Below are positions 60,572 to 64,000 of a stretch of 64,000 nt of DNA, one piece after another. The notes under the pieces are model-generated. The model saw only the letters and a program-made list of their open reading frames with translations. It did no database searches and was not told the DNA's origin. The stretch's first letter is position 1, and every line of letters begins with the position of its first letter. The position numbers were made by a program, and so were the translations under genes. This DNA comes from Octopus sinensis (lineage: Eukaryota): positions 11,284,001-11,348,000 of the forward strand of contig NC_042997.1 of assembly GCF_006345805.1 (NCBI RefSeq), given 5' to 3'.

Positions 60572-62201
60572 ACTGTTTATGAGCCACAAGAAACATCGTT
60601 TCTAGTTGGCTATAAGACACATTATCTGTGTCCTTATATTTTCGAACCGGGAATCCAACATTCCCGCCCAGCACAAAGCAACATCTGTGGACTAGCTCCA
60701 GGGTTATTACTCTTCGTCAACACAGAGTAGCTGTTTGGCTAGGCGAAGCAGAATTACAAACGTAAATTTATTCGTAGCAATATACAAAACCGCTTGAAGC
60801 CTGTCTGAAAAGTATGAGAGTGAATGAACTTTGCCACTTGGGATGATGGTGGTGGTGGTGGGTCAATCTGGGTTGATGTCAGCTTATTATTTGTAGAGAA
60901 ATGCTGGGAGAAAGGTCAGGAGCTAAGCTTTTCACCAAGCCATTCAATGACAGAAGGTCATGGTGACATGACAGATCTGCACAACCTAACTGAGTTGTAC
61001 GTGAGGTAGAGAAGGCGGGTGAAGAGCCATACACGTGACATTCTGTCGATGACAAATCCACCCGACAGACGTCGAGATTGTCCGTAAAGTACCGGCAGAA
61101 GTGAATGTGTCGATTCTCGATCCACAGAAAAGAGATAAGGAAGAAACTCCACATTTACTCTAAAAGTGTCAGAAACTATTGAATACTTCGAGGCTAGCCT
61201 CTTGTTAGGAGGAGACTACATAAAAATTTCCCCAGTAGCATTCTAGATTTCGATCAGAGCTAGCGATATGCTATGTTCAAAGAAACAACTCTCGATTACT
61301 TTTTTAAAAAAAAATTATTCAATACAGGTGCAAGCGTGGCTGTGTGGTAAGAAGTTTGCTTCCCAACTTCATGGTTCCGGGTTCAGTCCCACTGCGCAGC
61401 ACTTTAGGCAAGTGTCTTCTACTATAGCGTCGGTCCGACCAAAGCCTTGCGAGTGGATTTGGTAGACCGGAACCGAAAGATACCAATCGTGTATGTATGC
61501 ATATGTGTGTGTGTGTGTGTGTGTGTGTTTCGCCGCTTGACAACCGGTGTTGGTGTATTTATGTCCCCTATGATTTAGCGGTTCGACAAAAAAGACCGAT
61601 AGAATAAGCATCGGGCTTTAAAAAATAAGTATTGTGCTCGATTCGGTCGTCTAAAATTCTTTAAGCCGATGCTCCAGCATGGCCACAGTTTATGACTGAA
61701 CAAGTGAAAGGTAAAAAGATAAAAATATGATAATTGCAGTATTTCATGAATGTCTTTACAGAAGTCCCTCGCCATATCGCGATTCACCTATCGCAGTTCA
61801 CTTATCGCGGTTCACCTATCACTTACGTCGATTCTTCTGTGGTGTTGTTTAGCATTTATGATAAATATATGCGAATTATAAAAATAATAATAAAAAAATA
61901 CAGTACTGTTTCTGTTCTATGTTTAAGAGATGAGGAATTATGTACATTATTTACATTTGACGAATATTTGTCCTCATCTTGTTTGGCAAGTCTTATTAAT
62001 GATGGTAGCTATAGCAAAGTAAAGAAAGACCCAACTCTGAAAACAGAGAGTAAGTTGTCACAGATCTAGATCAAGAACAAGGATCACTTTACACCAATGA
62101 AGTACAAACAACTGACTCAACACTACATTAAACTACCACACATGTACGGTCTCCCTAAGATTCACAAGGATGGCATTCCATAAAGGCTTATAATGAGCTG
62201 T

Positions 62202-62590
62202 GTGGAGGCGCAATGGCCCAGTGGTTAGGGCAGCGGACTCGCGGTCGTAGGATCGCGGTTTCGATTCCCAGACCGGGCGTTGTGAGTGTTTATTGAGCGA
62301 AAACACCTAAAGCTCCACGAGGCTCCGGCAGGGGATGGTGGTGATCCCTGCTGTACTCTTTCACCACAACTTTCTCTCACTCTTACTTCCTGTTTCTGTT
62401 GTACCTGTATTTCAAAGGGCCGGCCTTGTCACTCTCTGTGTCACGCTGAATATCCCCGAGAACTTCGTTAAGGGTACACGTGTCTGTGGAGTGCTCATCC
62501 ACTTACACGTTAATTTCACGAGCAGGCTGTTCCGTTGATTCGGATCAACCGGAACCCTCGTCGTCGTAACCGACGGAGTGCTTCCATCCC
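62202..62590 (+). mobile_element. tRNA-derived SINE family 3 inserted in the Penelope RT
   Basis: 12-bp TSD ATAATGAGCTGT (62190-62201, 62591-62602); removal restores RLIMSC-RGSACHPL. Confidence 0.88.
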
Positions 62591-63655
62591 ATAATGAGCT
62601 GTAGAGGTTCGGCATGTCACCCACTAAGCCGCTTCTTTGTGGATATAATCAGTCCATTAGCAAGGAAGTCAACATCGTACGTAAAGAATTCCACCCACTT
62701 CACAGAACTGAACAAGGATACCCCCATTGAATCTAACCAGATAGTGAGTCTAGATGTGATAAGTCTGTTCACCAAAGTCCCAACTGGTGAAACACTATCA
62801 GTGATTCAAGAAAAAGTAGTGACAGACACCCATCTAAAAGAACGCACTAGTATACCAATAAGAAACTTAATGGAAACGTTGACCTTCTGTGTAGAAACTA
62901 CCTACTTCAGTATGGACACTGATATATATCGACAAGAAGAGGGTTTAGCTATGGGATCACCAATTATGAAGAAAAGAGAGGATGAAAGCGATAAACTGTC
63001 CACAGTCTGTCTACCCTATGTGAAAGGCCTCTCCGAAAGGATACAAAAGATATGTGGCTCATATGACATCAGGACAGTATTCAAGAGTAATACAACACTT
63101 CGCAAATATCTCCTTCGAGTAAAACCACCAATAGAAGAGAATATGACCAAAAACTTCGTGTACTCCATCCCATGCAGCTGTGGTAGGTTATACAAAGGCG
63201 AAACATGCCGCCCCCTCAAAATAAGGTAAAGGAACATCGCAAAGCTGTGACAAGAGGAGATATTGATAAATCGGGTATAGCTGATCATGTATGGGAAAAT
63301 GGAGACCACCTCCCCCTGTGGGATGAAGGTAAAATAATAGACTGCGAACACCACTGGAAAATACGAAAACTAAAATAACCAGCACGTATGCTAGGACACA
63401 ACAACCTCCTAAGCAGGCCAAGTGCAGATATGAATAGCATATGGGAACCGGTATTAAGGAAGAATAGGAAAATATTAGATTTATAAGCCCTAAAATCCAC
63501 TCCATAATTGCCACTACGCCATATGCTCGTGTCACTAACGCTCTACGCGCGGGCCACTAACCCCAAGATTTCGAGTTCGATTCCAGGCAGTGACCTGAAC
63601 AACAACAACAATAATGACGACGGCGACAAATACCTTAGGAATGAGAACCCAGGTT

Positions 63656-63698
63656 CTGATGAAGCCTGGAGGGTATATCAGCCGAAACGTTGTGCTAA
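63656..63698 (+). ncRNA. Minimal type I hammerhead ribozyme core in the Penelope pLTR
   Basis: CTGATGA (63656-63662), stem II, GAAA (63684-63687), palindromic AACGTT, then GTGCT; the stem I 5' strand is deleted in this copy. Confidence 0.7.
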
Positions 63699-64000
63699 CA
63701 ACAAACAAGATGAGGACAAATATCCGTCAAATGTAAATAAAGTACTGTTTCTACTTCGCGGAATTCACGTATCGCGAGGGTTTTTGGAACGTAACACCCG
63801 CGATAGTCGAGGGATTACTGTATTTCTTCTCATGTTTATTATAAAGCTTCACTCAAAATTAATTTGTGTTTAATTTTATAATGCCATGACAACAATTTAC
63901 CAAAAAATTTGATAGAAGGTAAAATGGGTGAAAAGAGGCGAAAATAATAGTATTCTAGGATATTAGGTCAACATTGCGTCAGAGTTAGCGTGAATGTACT

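Larger units (their letters stand above)
61914..63740 (+). mobile_element. Penelope-like retroelement (RT + GIY-YIG), internally deleted, with inverted pLTR tail at 5' end
   Basis: YGLPKIHKDGIP, VSLDVISLFTKVP, YRQEEGLAMGSP (RT); VYSIPCSCGRLYKGETCRPLKIR*KEH (GIY-YIG); 12-bp TSD AGTACTGTTTCT at 61902-61913 and 63741-63752. Confidence 0.9.
61758..63810. mobile_element. Tigger/pogo-like MITE split by the Penelope insertion
   Basis: TA|CAGAAGTCCCTCGCCATATCGCG ... CGCGATAGTCGAGGGATTACTG|TA; empty-site sequence AGTACTGTTTCTACTTC seen (reverse) in a related copy at ~30482-30562; end coordinates approximate. Confidence 0.7.

Noticed and set aside
60824-61154. Moderately GC-rich stretch with LAPDLSPS resembling mariner YSPDLAPS
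   Set aside because: No other transposase motif lines up and frames have stops; identity unresolved.
62205-62280. tRNA-like sequences (also 7050, 22988, 30600, 60265, 51540-51615)
   Set aside because: A and B boxes are present but acceptor stems do not close, and each is fused to a repeated body with a TSD; these are SINE heads, not tRNA genes.

Overview
AT-rich, repeat-dense eukaryotic DNA. The tRNA-derived SINE families, RTE tails and microsatellite load point to an octopus (cephalopod) genome; this is inference. One protein-coding gene is reconstructable: a minus-strand KIFC3-like kinesin-14 with 14 phase-consistent GT-AG exons from 37292 down to the stop at 3095 (~714 aa; true 5' end not fixed). 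The rest is mobile DNA: a dead full-length piggyBac (21-2504) with related MITEs, hAT, mariner/Tigger, Sola3-like and Merlin-like MITEs, non-autonomous Helitrons, RTE, CR1, CRE and BovB-like LINE fragments, a TSD-flanked ORF1-only LINE, a solo LTR, three SINE families and a 3.2-kb AG satellite. The most interesting signal is a Penelope-like element (61914-63740) whose terminal repeat carries a tRNA-like Pol III head plus a minimal type I hammerhead ribozyme. The same module occurs twice more, without any ORF, as TSD-flanked fold-back insertions in kinesin introns (6965-7403, 22838-23306), suggesting a ribozyme-bearing SINE-like element mobilised by Penelope. An unexplained, highly structured GC island lies at ~49995-50365. 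All calls are by eye; no searches were run.
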